This document shows positions 62,606 through 64,000 of a stretch of DNA of 64,000 nucleotides, piece by piece (position 1 is the first letter of the stretch; each line of letters starts with the position of its first letter). This DNA is from Sphaerodactylus townsendi (lineage: Eukaryota): NCBI RefSeq assembly GCF_021028975.2, contig NC_059434.1, positions 23,064,001 through 23,128,000 on the forward strand, in the 5' to 3' direction. A model generated the notes under the pieces. The model made no database searches. It had not been told where the DNA came from and worked only from the letters and a program-made list of their open reading frames with translations. The translations under genes were made by a program, and so were the position numbers.

Positions 62606-64000
62606 CTTTTAGACCAAATATTTATGCCCTATGAGCAACAGAAAACACACACACACAAAGCTTTCATTCTAAATTGCCAGTTACTCGGCACTAATGTATT
62701 TGTGAACTCCAATGTGTGCGTCAACCTTACCCCTGAAAATGCCCCAAATCAAGCCATCTGGCGAAGAAAATGTCAGTGCTAACCTCCTCAAGGGGAACAG
62801 CCCAAGAAGGGCTCCATAAAGCTGAAGATGGTGTTGTAGTTGCAGAAATGGTCCCTTAGCAAAGTTTTTGCTAGTAGTTTGAAGAAACCAGCTGTTATAT
62901 CCTCAGCTTAGAACTAATGGCTAGGAATGTTTTCTTCAAGGAGAATTGTACCTGCAAAGTTGGTCTGAAACTAGTACTGTACTGTGTGTGGGTAGTGGTG
63001 ATGGTGGTGGAGGAGTGAAATTCAGAGACAAGGAATGACTGCAAACCCCTCCATTTAAATCCACTCATGCTCTCATCATGTATAGAATAGGAAACAGTTC
63101 GAAGTTTAAGAGTTCTTTTCTCTCTGGGAATTTTCTCCCAGTGAAACTCACCTCTGTCTGGTATTACAACATACCTGGGGATTAGGAAGTTCTAGTGATG
63201 GATTGCTTTGAACTAAGTGGGAGGGAGCAGAGTTTGATATCTTTGGTCACCTTTTGATTCCTGGCACACCAGCTTCAAGTAAATGGATGTTTGGTTTTAG
63301 CTGGAATTGGCTGAAACAATTGCAATGCCTTTTTGAGATCTAACATCAGGTGGATATACTACTGGCTTCCAGAGGCCACTTGCTCCCAATATGGTCCATA
63401 TATTTGTAAATAAACGGATATTACCAAAAACAAACAACCCCCTAAATCCTGCAGTACTTTTCACTGCCAAGGCAAAATAGGACTACTCAACCTTTGCCAA
63501 AATCTCTTTCTGACTTCAATTCTTGAGAGCAGGGGATGAATTTCATTCTCAGTCCAGTGCTTGATCTGCTCTTGAGAATGAACCAGGGAAGATTTGCTGG
63601 AAGACAAACACAAGTATGGAGTAGCTTTGTTCTTGGGCCAAACAAAAGCACATTCTACTGTAGGTGGGGGACATCTTAGATGGGTGTCTTCTTCACCAAT
63701 AGCAAGGATGTCCCCCTTACCTACAGTAGAAAGACCCTTCACAGTAAGTATTCAATGGACCCTTTTCCTCAAGTCCAGAGCTATGGATCCCAATGGCAAC
63801 TCATTAGGTCAAGCATCTAATTTTTGTGTCTGTCTCTGTTGTTTTAAGTATTTAAAACAAATGTTGATTTTTAAATTAATTGAGGGACCACATTAAAAAC
63901 CTTTGGTGTAGGGTGGTGAAAATATATTTTGTGAGGTCAAGAAGGCACAAGGATGGGAGACCTCAAACGAATACCAGGATCGTGACACGGAGGCAGATAA

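Noticed and set aside
62731-62821. Minus-strand exon-like block with a GTAAGG donor
   Set aside because: Weak acceptor, no recognisable peptide and no partner exons identified.
63594-63896. Possible Gypsy integrase remnant (SPLPTVERPFTVS)
   Set aside because: Resemblance is limited to one short motif, with no HHCC or DDE support.
44100-64000. CWH43 coding exons expected from synteny
   Set aside because: No segment resembling the CWH43 protein could be recognised by eye; the gene may start beyond the window.

Overview
Vertebrate genomic DNA, most likely a gecko-type squamate judging by its repeats (Sauria/Squam-like SINEs, CR1 with (TTCTTATG)n tail, Penelope remnants, hAT MITEs). Two complete paralogous genes lie tail-to-tail. 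OCIAD1 (+) has 8 coding exons from 15442 to 30088 (257 aa). OCIAD2 (-) has 6 coding exons from 42520 to 34150 (142 aa), plus a non-coding first exon near 43785-43900. A CpG island at about 7550-8330 holds an ATG-free minus-strand first exon that is probably the 5' end of FRYL (synteny inference only). There is a 139-N assembly gap at 6744-6882. No recognisable coding exon was found in 44-64 kb. The rest is transposon debris: palindromic hAT MITEs with 8-bp TSDs, Harbinger-type MITEs, SINEs, LINE fragments, solo LTRs and Penelope pseudo-LTRs carrying minimal hammerhead ribozyme motifs. The main leads are (i) a core-intact hammerhead between the convergent OCIAD1/OCIAD2 3' ends, (ii) a candidate alternative terminal exon giving a 44-aa OCIAD2 micro-isoform, (iii) antisense SINEs carrying ready-made poison exons in OCIAD1, (iv) MITEs carrying paired ACTACA-TCCCA motifs and (v) a hAT MITE containing a CR1 fragment. 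All were read by eye and are hypotheses.
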